Shown: positions 1-13,140 of the stretch, piece after piece
How the letters are laid out: each line of letters begins with the position of its first letter
How positions within the stretch are numbered: the stretch's first letter is position 1
NCBI GenBank assembly: GCA_013265495.1
Contig: MU058000.1
Span: 1,488,001 to 1,552,000, forward strand
Length of the DNA stretch: 64,000 nucleotides
Source of the DNA: Vicugna vicugna
Taxonomy: Eukaryota
Direction of reading: 5' to 3'
The notes under the pieces: generated by a model
What the model saw: the letters and a program-made list of their open reading frames with translations, nothing else
What the model was told of the DNA's origin: nothing
Databases searched by the model: none
Made by a program: the position numbers and the translations under genes

Positions 1-180
1 TATGTCAGCACGTGGTGGAAGGGAAGTGGGAGCTCTCTGGGATTTCTTCGGGTAAAAGTTGAAGATCTCATTGTTGAAAGCTCTACCCTCATGACCTAAA
101 CACCCTAGCTTCCAAATACTATGACACTGGGGATTAAGTTTCAACATGTGAATTTTGTAGAAACAAATATTCAGCTAGTA
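1..180 (-). mobile_element. MLT1A-type MaLR LTR, partial (truncated by window edge)
   Basis: Reverse complement resembles the MLT1A 5' half ('ccctcatgacctaa...tccaaatactatgacactggggattaagtttcaacatgtgaatttt'). Confidence 0.75.
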
Positions 181-798
181 TATTTCTGTTCCACAAAGTT
201 TTCAGGGACATAGATTTCTTCCGGATCTCCACCTTACCTTCCCTAGGTGGCAGTCTTCATATTAAGAGATCAAGATTCTATTATCCACAGGCCAAGTGGC
301 AAAATGGATGGAGGGGTGAATAAGAAAATATAGACAGTACATGTACTGGTGTCTTGTAAGAAGAGCTCTCAGAAATTGCACATGACATTCTATTTGCACA
401 TTACTGGACAAAAATTTGTCACAGGCACAGCCTTTCTCTGCCCATGGATATGTCTAACCAAGCCTTCTGTGACCAAGGAAAATAGTGGCCTCTACCACAG
501 ATGCTTTGATACTCCTCTGAGGTGGATATTTACCACCATGGTATAGGCAAGGAGACTTAGATTCAGAAACATGCAATTAATCTCCTTAAGGCGACACAGC
601 TACTGGAGAATTAAAGATACAGTGCAGCCCACCCAGCTCCTCAGCACTGCCCCATTCAAATGCAGTCCTCACGAAACGAGGAGCTCGTGGGATCCCCTTT
701 AGCACGTTCTCACTGGCTCTGTCTTTGAAGTGTTTTAAAGAGTGGCAGACCAGAAGCCTTCTTTCCCACCTCCACCTTTGACAGCCACCCATTCCTCC

Positions 799-1147
799 TG
801 CTGTGGTCTGAATGTTTATGTTGCCCCCAAATCCCATATGTTAAAACCCTAATCCCTAAAGCTGCTATTTTAGTAAGTGTGGCTTTTGAGAGGTGCTTAA
901 GTCATGAAGGTGGGACCCTCACAAATGGGTTAGTGCCTTGTGAAAGGCTCCAGAGGCTCCCTAGCCCCCTTCTGCCCGTGAGGGCATCACGAGAAGCCTG
1001 CAGCACAGAAGAGACCCTCACGTGACCTTGCTGGAAACAGGATCCTGGACTTCCCCATCTCCAGCACTGTGAGAAAGGTATGTTTATAAGCTGCTCAGTC
1101 TGGGGGTCTGTGGTATTTTGTTATAGCAGCTTGAACAGACTGAGACA
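799..1147 (+). mobile_element. MLT1A-type MaLR solo LTR
   Basis: TG...CA ends ('tgctgtggtctgaatg'...'gactgagaca'), typical 3' end 'gtggtattttgttatagcagc'; degenerate 5-bp TSD cctcc/ccgcc. Confidence 0.88.
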
Positions 1148-2957
1148 CCGCCCCACTGACGCTAGAGATCAGCAGAGTGACTGGGGAAAAAAGCCTTCTC
1201 TCTTTTTGAAAAATTGCTTTCTTGTTGTGGTTCCTTAACTGGCAATGGCTCTGGTTGTTTCAGCCTGGGAGGCCTTCTAAGCCGTCATCCTCTATTCAGC
1301 TCGGGTTTCTGCAGCCTAAGTGTTTTATTTCTGTCATAGTCACATGCAATCAGATTCCTTGGTTTCAAGGTCATGGCGGCAAAAAACCTTTTAAAATGTC
1401 CAAATGGCTGGACTCCTTGGCAGGAAGCTCCTGCCGATAGCTTCCAGAATGAATCTGATGTGGAATGTGTGTTTCCCGAAGGTTTTTTTTTTTGATGGCT
1501 GAGTGTTTTCACTGTTGATTTCAAATAAGTACACACTTAATTCAAGAGAATGGGTTAGTCCTTGACTAGAGTGCTAATTGACTTTTTGTATTTTAGTGGT
1601 CAAATATAAGGGCGGAGGACAGGGTGGCTGAGACAGTTAGCTTTTTTATTGTACCCCTGGAATTCTTTCCAATGTCTGTTTAAAATTTAAATTGTTAAAG
1701 GTTCACGCAGATCAAGTTTGTCAATCTAGATCATCTAACTGACTTCCCAGAATCCTAATTTCCAGCTCACTCTTCTGTGAATTTCAAGATTTCACTCAAA
1801 AATACACAATATTTGAGACGACAGAGTGTCAAATGGGTGCTGATCAAATTTAAATTTAAAAAAACCTCATGACATCCACCAAAGAGCACTAATATTTTAT
1901 CCCCAAGCCCTTCGGTCTGATGGTTTGTGTTCCTGTTGTATTTGTCCCTCTCCGGGTGTCTTAAAAGCTGACTAAATCTAGACTGACAGATTTAACATCT
2001 CTTTTTTTTTTTTTAAATCACAGCTCTGAAGGTTTTTCATTGTTCTCATAAAAATCTTTGCTTGTAGAGATGGAAAACCTTATTTCAGAGAGCCATCTAG
2101 TCCATTTTTCTCTGTATGCTTTTTCAGGGTGGTTTCAGATTTGAAAGGATTTAAATATCTACAAAGACCTTGTGGGGGAATTATTTTAAAGCTATTTGTA
2201 ACTTTAAGGAGTTTTTCATGAGAATGGATAAAAATATGCTGAAATTAAGAAATCTAAGAACTCCCCTCTCTCAGAAAATTGCTAGAGAAAGCGCTGTGTT
2301 TTTGAAGGTGGCTATTTAAATAAAGTCATTTCTGTTCAGGAAGAAAAAAAGAGCTCTGAGTCAGGAGGCAACGCTCACTGTTACTATCAGGGAAGAAGTC
2401 ATAGGACACTGTCTCTGTAGGTATGACCACTTCCCCAACAAGAGCTTCTAAGTGGATGCGGAAAGTCCGGGGGCCTCAGTCACAGCTGGGACCACAACCA
2501 GTGGGTTAGAATCGATCATTTGATCTCCAAGCCTCCTCTAGACTATCTCCATGGTGTTGTTTGCCAGTGTTACATTCTCTTGGTTTATAGGGTATGCAGA
2601 AGGAGGAAGCCCCTATCAACATTTATACATATCACCCCCTCTCTGCCACTTGGGGAGATCAGGGCCTTAGGGAAAGACAGGCATTCATTTCCACATAAAG
2701 TCAATGAACCCCATTTAATTGGCACACTGTAGGGAGCAAGGGGCCCAAAGAAATCTGTGAAAGCATTCCCACGGCAGCAAGAGAGTTGCAAAAGCATAGG
2801 TCCTACAGAGTCAAGTTTCTCCAGACAGTGCGGAGAGCATTTCCAGGACCTTTCTTTGTACTCACAGTTTCTGATAGTTTGATGCACCTCGATGAGCCCC
2901 CATTCACCTCTTTGGAGTAATATCCCTCACACTCCCTTCCCCCAGAAGGAAATATCC

Positions 2958-2958
<1 letters not shown>

Positions 2959-2990
<32 letters not shown>
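2959..2990. repeat. (AC)16 microsatellite
   Basis: Directly visible. Confidence 0.98.
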
Positions 2991-2992
<2 letters not shown>

Positions 2993-3499
2993 CACAAGGA
3001 AAATGTACAATCTTTAGTCCAACTCAGATGATGAAAACAGAATGGGAGGCCCTTCCCAGGAATAGTCTAGAAGGAGGCCTGACACTCAGGATTCCTCTAA
3101 TTTCTTGATGTTACTTGTTTTACCTCTCACCAAAGTACCCACCTTCCCACATTTGTGATGTGTTCATCTGGAGTTGAAGGAGGGAGGGGATGCTTCCCCC
3201 TCTCTCTGCTCTAGGGAAGACTATGATTTCCCCTCCTCTAAGGTTTGTTTCCTATTTTACCCTAAACAGTCTTCATTTAGCTGGCTGTAATTTTCTTGCT
3301 GTGGTTAAAACCCTCTTGTATGTTAATGTTTAGTCCAGAAACTTGAAGCCATGCTTTTACCTTTTAATTATATCTTGACCATCTCCAGGTCATTTTTGAG
3401 AATCGCAGTGAAATGGGTAAACAGTGGAAGCACCTGAGATCATGGTCCATGTGGTGGGAAACACTTGAAGCTGGAATCAGTCCTCATAGATGGAACTCA

Positions 3500-3640
3500 C
3501 AATTCTACGACACAGTAGCTGTGTGATATTAGGCAAATGACTTATCCTGTTAGTCTTTTCTTTTCTCTAATCTTTGAAGTGACAGAACCCTATTAAATTT
3601 TATGCTATTGTTGTAAGAATAAAATAATGCACATGTAATC
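3500..3640 (+). mobile_element. MIR SINE fragment
   Basis: 'tagctgtgtgatattaggcaaatgactta...ttgttgtaagaataaaataa' resembles the MIR core. Confidence 0.5.
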
Positions 3641-3744
3641 TATAAAATACTACACACATCTGTAATAAGTATATTAACAGGTCATATTAATAGTTTCCTA
3701 AAATTACCATATTTTCACCTTTAGAGTGCTCACCACTGCTTACT

Positions 3745-3945
3745 ATGCTCATTCATTCATTTTTCCATTCACTTGTTTATTTATTCATTTATTACTTATA
3801 TTCTGCCTCCCCTCTTCAAGCATGTAAGTTCCATCATAACAGGGACTTTATCTTTTGTTTTGTTTTCACCTGTATTCTCAGAGCCTACAACAGTTCCTGG
3901 CATACTGGGTGCTCAAAACATTTATTGAATGTATAAATGAGTGGA
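3745..3945 (+). mobile_element. L2 LINE 3' end
   Basis: 'tgtaagttccatcataacagggact...gcctacaacagttcctggcatactgggtgctcaaaacatttattgaatg' is a typical L2 3' terminus. Confidence 0.78.
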
Positions 3946-4193
3946 TGACAATTTTTTATGTGGACAATGTTGTTATATAAGGGAAACTGCTCACTTTAAA
4001 GAAAATTTTTAAGTCTCTTTCCAGAAATCATTCACTTGCCTTTTTCTTCACTATTAGATTTTGAAATCTGAGCTCGCAGAATATCGTCTTACAAGAACTC
4101 AGAGACGGTCATACAGACACTTTGTCCTTGACAGCTCCTTTCCACCACAATTCAAAGCCAAGTTGTTACAATTTATCATATTTTGTGCATCCG

Positions 4194-4199
4194 GTGTGT

Positions 4200-4242
<43 letters not shown>

Positions 4243-4265
4243 GAGAGAGAGAGTGAGTGAGAGAG
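4194..4265. repeat. Compound (TG)n-(GA)n microsatellite
   Basis: Directly visible. Confidence 0.97.
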
Positions 4266-6519
4266 GGAAACCCATATGACACTGAAAATCTGAATCTGAA
4301 AAAATGCTATTGAAGTACTTAGATGAAGGTATCAGAATATTGTGGTACCTGGGAAAATAAATGTCTGCTTTGACAGTCCCTGGATCTCACCAGGTTTATG
4401 CAAACAAAGCATGAAGGGGGAAATAGATAGACAGCTGAGTGTTTAGTATCCATAAAGAAAGATGTTTGTGTCTTACTAGAAGAAACGGCAGTGTTGAATA
4501 TTCATGAGGGAGATCCATTTTACACCCCCTGCAGACACAAAATATTTGTATAAATATGAAATCTGTGCATAATTACATGAAAGCAGACATTCCCCAGAGG
4601 TTATATACGCTAACGTAGTAAGAAAGGTCTTATCCTCCTGTAGATTTTACTAAACAAATTCAAGTCATTGCAAGGCTGTAAACATCAAGCAAGAGCACAG
4701 TACTTTAGGGTTGGACAAAGGAGAATCACTAGAAATAACGAGACCGCACTAAGTAAGGACAGGTTACCAAGGGACATTTTTAACCGTGTTGTATTAGAGT
4801 CCATAGCAGTGCTTTTAGAAATGCCTTCAACCTGAAATTCACAGTCTAATGAAATCTATTAGGCTGAAATTACCTTTCCTGGGACATGATGGAAGCCTTA
4901 TTCCTTGAAATGCTGAATGTGACTTGACTCAGTTTCAATCTGTCTTAAAATTGGATTGAATGTGGAAAGGCAAAAATAACGTGTATCTGCTTTGCCAGTG
5001 ACTGGTATGTGACCTTGCACAGTAAATCCAATAGCTTAACATTCTTATTTTTCTTTAAAAAAAAATCACTTCATATTCCCTATTAGGATTCTAAATATTA
5101 AGTTCATTCTTGCTTTTAGGTTATCTGTGTTCTCTGTTTTAAGAAGAAAGAAAATTCTAAATCCTTTTTCTCCCTGACTCTATGTAGGAGAATGCACAAT
5201 GCCTTCCAGACTTCCTGCAACCACAAATGATGCAATAAAAGTTTGCTTTGGATGATGGAATATTCAAATTATTAAATGTCAGAGGAGAGCAAACTGGTTG
5301 GGACATTCCTGGTTATTCTGTTCTCTGAAGACCAAATGCATGCCTGCCAGCCCATGTGAACATTATTTGTACAGTGTTTATGGTAGCTGCTGAACTGGGT
5401 AGATGTGTAATGAGAAAACCAAAGGCAGAAAGCTCTTATCTTCTAAAACAACAAATATATCCCTTTTGTTGTTTATAAGAGTTTCCTGTCTGATTTGGCC
5501 ACCTACCTCTGTAAAAGGTTGGGATGTACTTTGATAATATAGATTCTGATGTAACCAGTAAAGTAAAATCACATTTTCAAGTTAGGAATGATAAACTCGT
5601 TGGAATTATCTAGCTCTTTCTTAGGAAGAAGGGGGTTGGCTATTAACTTCACTAGCATGTCTTCCTCACCATGCTCTATTCTTGGCCGTATTGACACATT
5701 CTGGGTAAAAAGACAACTGACAGTTTTCACCTGGGACAAAATCTTTGTGTCACAGGATCTTCCCGTATCTCCCCACGTTCCCAAATTGGTCAGGATCCAA
5801 TGCAAACATATATTTGAACCTATTTCTTTGAACACTTCACTACTCTTTTATTTTTTAAGACCTGAAAATCTTGATGTTCCCCAGCTTTTGACTTTAAGGT
5901 CTTAAGAACTGAATTTCTTGGGTGTTGATTCGGCAGTTAGATTGTGTTTATGTGATGAGATATAAAATTACACATCACACTTCAAAAGGACCAGATCTGT
6001 TCTTTAGATCAAAAACATCCTTGATAAAATGGTGTTAGGAGACAGGCTTCTCCTCCAACAGTCGTCTTGAGTACTTTTCTCCAAAGTACTGACTTCATTA
6101 TGCCGAGGAACTGTCGGGAATGTAAAATACTAATCTGATAATTTTATTGCCTAAATTATAAATTTCTGCTGATTCCCCATTTGCCCCAGGAGAAGTTGAG
6201 CTCCAATAAGTGGTCCATGGAAACTTTCAGGATATGGGTCATTGTCTACCATTCCTTAGTTTACCCTGCCCTTTCTTACATCAAAACTCAGCCATGCTTT
6301 GCTCAGTTTTCTAAACTTTCTGCCTCTTTCCATCCTCTGTGATGTTATACCTGCCTTGCCTTCAATGCTTTTGCGCACTCTCCCTAAATGTAACTGCTCT
6401 GCTTGTTTTTGCTCTAAATTTTCTTTTTTCTCTCTTCCCTCTCTGACTTCCCCTATGTTTCCTTTAGTCTCGCTGCAAATATTTATCTAAGCATGTTTAC
6501 TGATTCTTCCTTCTATTAT

Positions 6520-7345
6520 TTTACACAGTTATTCTACCTTATGTCCTAAATATCTCCTAAAGTGGCTCCTTTCTCACAAACTGCATTTCCACTGCATAGT
6601 GTAGTGTCTTGCCCTCTCTTTACTGGACTATTGTATCATGTTCATTAATGGACTTCTAGTGTCCTATTTTCTCAAATGCATCCTTCACACCACAACTTAG
6701 AATATTGTACCTGAAATAGAAATTTAGCCCTGATAATACTCTATTTAAAGTTATTTAAAAGACACTCACCTCTATCTAAAATGTGACAATTTTGCAAGTG
6801 AAGGGACTACTATTAATATTTAACACTAGATGATAATTATAAATCATTATTGTGCCAGGAAAACCTGGCTGAATGATCACCCTAGTTGTACAGGATCTGT
6901 CAAAAAGCAAACAGGAAAAAAACAAAAACAGCTATGCTAGGTGCTTGATGTAATATTGGAAGCCCTCCAAAATCTGGTCTGTTGTAATCTCCTCGTTATA
7001 ATCTGTGTATATCCCAAATCTGGTGTTCTGTAGTTCAGTGATCCTGTGCTTTACTTTATGCTAATTTTACAGCTGGAACGCTCTATCTTTTTTTCCTAAC
7101 ATTCTTTCTCTGACTTATCTGGGAAACCTTTGTGTTCTCCATATTAAGTAAGATGCCTTTCTACAGTGCATAAAACACATGCATATGCAAACGTCATGTG
7201 CATATCTGTCTTTGCTCTTGTTGTGTTTTAATTATCCCCACTGGAACATGAGCTACTTTAAGGTAGTGAAATGTCATTCATTTTTTATTAACAGTGTATT
7301 TTCAGGATGCATAGGATAAACAGATGTCAAACATTTGAGTTTAAA
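6520..7345 (+). mobile_element. L2 LINE, degraded, interrupted by a MER94-like element
   Basis: L2-like 'ctggactattgta...aatggacttct' and 3' end 'ccccactggaacatgagctactttaaggtag'. Confidence 0.55.
6775..6884. mobile_element. MER94-like hAT-Blackjack MITE
   Basis: 'ttttgcaagtgaagggactactattaata...ccaggaaaacctggctgaatgatcacccta' matches the recalled MER94 pattern ending in the GGTCACCCT-type TIR. Confidence 0.6.
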
Positions 7346-8528
7346 AAGGAAGGAAAGTAGCTAAATCAGAGATTCTCTTGTGAGTAGGTACAAGGATTTG
7401 ACATTTAACTACCTAAATTTATTTGAAAATTACATTCACCAGCCACCCTAGACCCCTCTCATTATTGACACCAGGGCTACAGATTTTGTGGCTCAGGGGT
7501 TCATGCCCTACATGCCCCCAAAGCTTTCCCCATTCTTTAATTCGTTTATTCAGCCACATTGTTTCTTTCTTTGTTTTTACATTTTCTTCCATCAAACTCA
7601 CCCATGGTCATTTTCTCTGTTTCTAGGTTACTTCTTTCAACTGGGAATTTTACTTCCACCTTTCCTCTGGGTTTCAAGGGGTGAGTAAGAGGTGATTACA
7701 CAACCTCAGTAAAATCTGTCCTAAAGAGCGTTTGATCATTGTAACATATTTTGATCAACTCTATGGAAGTAATTTACAAAAAACAATTTTAAGTGTGAAA
7801 TTTGTGTTTTGATAAATGTGTGCACTGCATAATTGAAGCATCAATAAAGATTTACATTTACAGTTATATTGCCTTGGAAACTTCCCTTGTGCACCTTTGT
7901 GGTTAGTTCACATACTATCTTCTGTCTCAGGCAGACAGAAGATTAATGACCTGATTTTTATCGTTATAGGTTACTTTTGTAAGTTCCAAAACTTTATATG
8001 AAAACATGCAATCTGCACATTTTTGTGCCTGGCTTTTTTTGCTCAAGGTCATTTTTTTTTTTTAATGTTTCATGTTACTTGCATGGCTGTGCTTTTGTTG
8101 TAGTTGTGGTATATCCATACAATGGAATACTATTCAGTAACATTTTGTTCACGTATTCACTTGTTCATGGGCATTTCATTTGCTTCCAGTTCTTGGCTGT
8201 TACGGATAACGCTATGATCCTTCAGGTACAATGGTTTATGTGGCTATTTCTTTTCCTTTCATTGTGTAAATGTTTTGGAGTAGGTTTGCTGGGTCAAATG
8301 GTAGATATGTTTAACATCATAAAACTATGCCAAGAGTTTTCTGAAGTGGTTGAGGCATTTTACACTTTGACTATTCCAGTTGGTCCTCATCCTCGTCTAC
8401 TCTTGATATTATAGGTCTTTCAGGTTTTAGCCATTCTAGTGATTGTAGTCCAGATGAGGTGGTATCTCACTATAGTTTTAATTTGCATTTCTCTGATGGC
8501 TAATGCTGTTGAGCAGGTTTTTAAGCCA

Positions 8529-8921
8529 ATTATATGTATTTTGTGAAATGTTATCCAAGGGTTTGCTTTTCTTCTTTTTTTTAATTAAATAGGGTTGTTT
8601 GCCTTCTACTTATTGAAAGAATCTGGCTATTTTAAATAGCTGCATTTTCATGTAGAGTTTAGAGTCACCTGGTCGATTCTTAAAAAAGCCTGCTAGAATT
8701 ATGATTGGGATGGAAAGTATTTTGTGAAATGTTATTATATGTATTTTGTGAAATGTTATCCAAGGGTTTGCTTTTCTTCTTTTTTTTTAATTAAATAGGG
8801 TTGTTTGCCTTCTACTTATTGAAAGAATCTGGCTATTTTAAATAGCTGCATTTTCATGTAGAGTTTAGAGTCACCTGGTCGATTCTTAAAAAAGCCTGCT
8901 AGAATTATGATTGGGATGGAA
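8529..8921. repeat. Direct tandem duplication of about 187 bp (8529-8715 and 8734-8921) with an 18-bp spacer
   Basis: Copies identical except T8 vs T9 in one homopolymer. Confidence 0.97.
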
Positions 8922-9270
8922 TTGGCTTTATGGATCAATTTGGAGAAAATGAACATCTTAGCCATAGTGAGTGTTTCAATCAATGAACATGACAAAATTT
9001 TCCATTTATATAGGTCTTTAATTTTTCTCAGCTATGTTTATAGTTTTTAGTCCAGAGGTCTTACATATATTCTGTTAAATTTATTTGAATATTTTAAAAT
9101 ACTGTTTGAAATAGTATTTTTATTTCCTTCTCTAATTACTTGTTACTACCACATAAAGAGATACAATTCTTTGGCTTTACATTAGATTTACATTGTGTCT
9201 TGTAGCCTTGATAAAGTCACTGATAGTTCTAGTAGTTTTTTCTTTTTATTGTAGATTCCTTAGAATTGTG

Positions 9271-9312
9271 TATATATATATATGTATATAATATATATAT
9301 ATAAAATATATA
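9271..9312. repeat. Imperfect (TA)n microsatellite
   Basis: Directly visible. Confidence 0.9.
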
Positions 9313-10181
9313 CATCTTTCTATATATGCAGATTATTCCCCCCAATATATATGCTTTTGTATACACCTTTTAATTACTTTTCTTGCCTAATGTACTTTTT
9401 AGGACCTCTAGTAACATACTGAAAAGATGTAGTGGGCATATATGTCCTTGCCTTGTTCCCAGTCATATGGGGAAAGTACTAAGTTTTTCACCATTAAATA
9501 TATTATCAGCTGCAAGTTTTCATAGATACCTTTATCAGGTTGAGACAGTTTTATCCTATTCCTAATTTTCTGAGTTTTTGTCTTGAATGGGTGTTGACTT
9601 TTATCAATTTTCACTTTTATTTTCTTTGTATCTGCTTTCTTTGTATAAAGCCTACATTATCTTAAAATGGGATCCTTCCTAGTTTTGCTGAATTGAATTT
9701 GCTTATATTTTGAGGATTCATTTATTTATTGGTCTGATTTTCTCTTGATAATGTCTTTGCCAATTTTCAGTAACAGAGCCTCATAAAATGAAAAAGTCAT
9801 CCTTATACCTCTTTATTTTAAAGGCATGTGTGAAGGATTGATGTTGTTTCTTCCTTAAAGGTTTGATGGGATTCACCACAGAAACCATGTGGATCTGTAC
9901 TTTCCTTTAAGAGAAGCTTTTTATGATTAATTCAATTTAGTATGTTACTAGATACTTGATTATATTAATACTTTAGCAATAATATATGGTTATTTTTATT
10001 TTCTATTTTTCTTCAGTCCACTTTTGCATTTTTTAGGAATGGATTATTTATTGGCATCCATTTGTTCATAAAATTCCTATATTGTCCTCTTAATATCTAG
10101 TTTCTAGAATAATAAGCTAACTTTTATTCCTAATATTTTAATTTATTTTTTTACTCATAATGTTTTACTTGATTGGCCTTA

Positions 10182-10624
10182 TATAGTAAGTTGACTAGTG
10201 TCCCCCAACCCCCTCCACATTGTGTCCACCTAGAACCTAAGAATGTGACTTTATTTGTAATAAAGATCTTTCCAGATGAAGGCAAGGGTCTCAAAATGAG
10301 ATCATTTTGTATTTGGGTGGGCCCTAAATTCAACGTTAGTGACCTAGTAAGAGAAAGAAAAGGAGAAAACATAGAGGAAAAAGCCACGTGTAGATGGAGG
10401 GAGAGATTGGAGGGCAGTCAGTAGGTAAGGGGTGCCAAAGCTTGCCAGTAGTCATCAGACATTAGGAGGCATGAAATCAATGTTTCCTCAGAACATTCAG
10501 AAGGAACCAATCTCATTTACATCTAGGCTTTGAACTTCTGACCTCTGGAACTGTGAGAATAAGTTTTTGTTTAAAGCCACTTGGTTTGTGGTAATTTTTT
10601 ACAGTAGCCCTAGGACATTAATAT
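10182..10624 (+). mobile_element. MLT1C/D-type MaLR solo LTR nested in the L1
   Basis: 'gaatgtgactttatttg', 'gggtgggccctaaat', 'gaaggaaccaa', 'ctggaactgtgagaataa...tttaaagccac...gtttgtggtaa...agccctagga'. Confidence 0.85.
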
Positions 10625-12444
10625 GTTTGCAAAGTGTTCATTTTATTAATTATGTTAAAGAACCAGTATTTTATTTATTTTCTTAATGTTTATTTTCTGT
10701 TTAATTTTTGCTCAAATTATTTTTTATTCTAACTTTGGGCTTAATTTTTCTAGTTTAAGACTGAAACTTATTAGGTCATTATTTGCATATCTTTTCTTTT
10801 TTAAAATAGAACTATTTAAATCTATGCATTTCTTTCTGAACATTATGTTCCTCACGTTCTGAGATGCGGAGTTTTTATCATCATTAGCTTGAAATCTACG
10901 ATAACTTCCCATTATTTCCTTTTAAATTATTAGTTATATAGAGGTGAAGTATCTAATTTACAAATATTCAGGGGAGTTCTATATGTTATTAATTTCTAAT
11001 TCAATTCCATTTACATCAGATAAAACATATACAATTTTCATCTTTTGAAATTTATTGACTTATTTTATGCCTTATATGGTTTGTCCTGGTGAACATTCCA
11101 AGTGCAATAGGAATTTGTATAATCTGCATTTGTTTTAGATAGTGTTAAATGAATGCAATTAGGTTGATAATGCTGTTCCAATTTTCCTTAATCAATAATA
11201 TATATGACTCTGATTATAAAGTACGCATTTCTCCCTTTAGTTATGTTAGATTTTATTTCATGAATTTTAAAGTCATTTTAATCTTTTTCTGATTATCTAA
11301 TTTATTATGAAATGACCCACATAATCCTTTATAGTGTTTCTTATACTACTTACTTAGATATTAATGTAGCAATAACAGTTTTTTTAAGCTTACCGTTAAC
11401 ATGATATATCTTTTTTTGTAGTTTTTACTTCTGAATTATCTGTGTTAATTTTAAAGTGCATCTCCTGTAGACAGTGTGCAGCTGAATTTGATTATTGACT
11501 CAGTCTGCCATCTTTGCCTATAAACTGGAGTATTTAGGCCATTTACATTTAGTATAATTTTTTTTTTTTGTGGTTGGGTTTAGTATGCCCTTTGCTCTTT
11601 GTTTTCCATTAGTCCCTTTTGTTTTATCTGTTGCTGTTTTACTGCCTTTTCAGTTAAATTTGTTTGTATTCTATTTTATTTCTCCTCTTCCGCTCTTAGC
11701 TATACTTTTTATAGTACTGTTTAAGGGTTACTCTAGGGACAATAATATACATCCTTAACAAAATGTGTTTATGATCAAATAGACTTATAATGGCTCTAAG
11801 TATGGCTTTGCTGAGATTATTGGGCTTTGTATGAAAGTGGTCAGTTTGTGTTAGTTCATAGTTAATCATTAAAAAACCTGTCAATAAGCGTATCTTCAGA
11901 GACTCAGCCAAAACACATCACTTACATAGGGAGAAGGGCATTACCAAGCCTAATATTCCTATTGATACTTTCTAAACAGTCTCAAAAAGAGATAATAAAG
12001 AAAGGCAAGGGCTTAGGGTTAATAAAAGTTTAATCAAATCAAAATCAAATGAAGAGGTAATGGACACAGAATGTGCTTTTATTTTGACTAAATTTAATCA
12101 GTTGGAATTATTTTTAAAGCCCTATTTCATTTGTGCTTTTGAAATGCTTTTGCCTTATAATAGGAAATGTACATTTTTCATAACAGTAGAACAATGTTCT
12201 TGTTCTCAAAAAATGTCCATTTTTATTTTGTGGACTTTAATTAGAGAGTTGAGATACAATTCATCATAAATCATGATAAATGTGTATTAAGTCCATATTT
12301 CACATAATACCATCCTACACAGCTGCTTGGAGTTATGACTTTGCAGGATTTCCTAATTGCCTTAAAAATACAAATAACAATTGTACACTTTGAAATGAGT
12401 CAATAGTTTGGCTTTATTTTGGAATAAAAAGGGTGATGTTATTT

Positions 12445-13140
12445 TTCCCACTTATTCAATAAAAATGAATTAGGGGCACAGATCACTTACAAATTCCTTG
12501 TTCTTGAGCTAGTCCACCTAATGATGGCAGGGGCTGATAAAAAAGCCAATTGACCATTATGCTGTGTACTATTAAATGATAGGATATGTATGGAGGTACA
12601 AAAGAAGTACAGAGGAGAGAAATCTAGCCACAGCTTTCCCAAAGGAGATGAAACATCAACTAACTCCTAAAGGATGAGTATAAACCCTTCAAGCAAATCA
12701 CGGAGGGAAATGTATTGTTGGAATGGAGAACAACATAGACAAGAAACTGGCAAGGGTAGGGGGAGAACTGATTCATTTAAACAAGTATGATGGTTTACTA
12801 CAATTTCCATGATGAAGCATATTTTGAAGGGGTGGTGAAAGTGGAGAACTTAAGAGGATCTAAACCAGAAAGGGCCATGCGGAGAGAATCTGGACTTCGT
12901 CTTGATAATGATGGAGAAAATTGGATGGTGGTGAGCAGGACAGTGATCATATTTAATTCTGGAAAAAACACTCTGGTAACAGTAGTAAGGACACATTAAA
13001 ATGGGCAAAACTGGAATTGGAAGACTAGATGAAGTTTCTTCAGTGATTGAGAAGGTAAATGATAAGGGCTTAAACCAAAGCAGTTTCCAAGGGTATGGAC
13101 AAGGGAAAGACAAGAGATTGAGTAGGTAAAATCACTATGA
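12445..13140 (-). mobile_element. L2 LINE, degraded
   Basis: Purine-rich antisense-L2-like text ('cctaaaggatgagta', 'gggcttaaaccaaagcag'). Confidence 0.5.

Larger units (their letters stand above)
7750..11760 (-). mobile_element. Old L1M-type LINE-1, fragmented and internally deleted
   Basis: Antisense L1 3'UTR and ORF2 hallmarks ('ggtatctcactatagttttaatttgcatttctctgatggctaatg', 'atgtccttgccttgttccc', 'atttaggccatttacattt'). Confidence 0.85.

Noticed and set aside
3029..3082. C/D-box snoRNA-like ATGATGA...CTGA
   Set aside because: No terminal stem, too short, no recognisable rRNA guide
8529..8921. CRISPR-like or prokaryotic repeat array
   Set aside because: Only two long copies in mammalian L1 context; no repeat-spacer periodicity anywhere in the window
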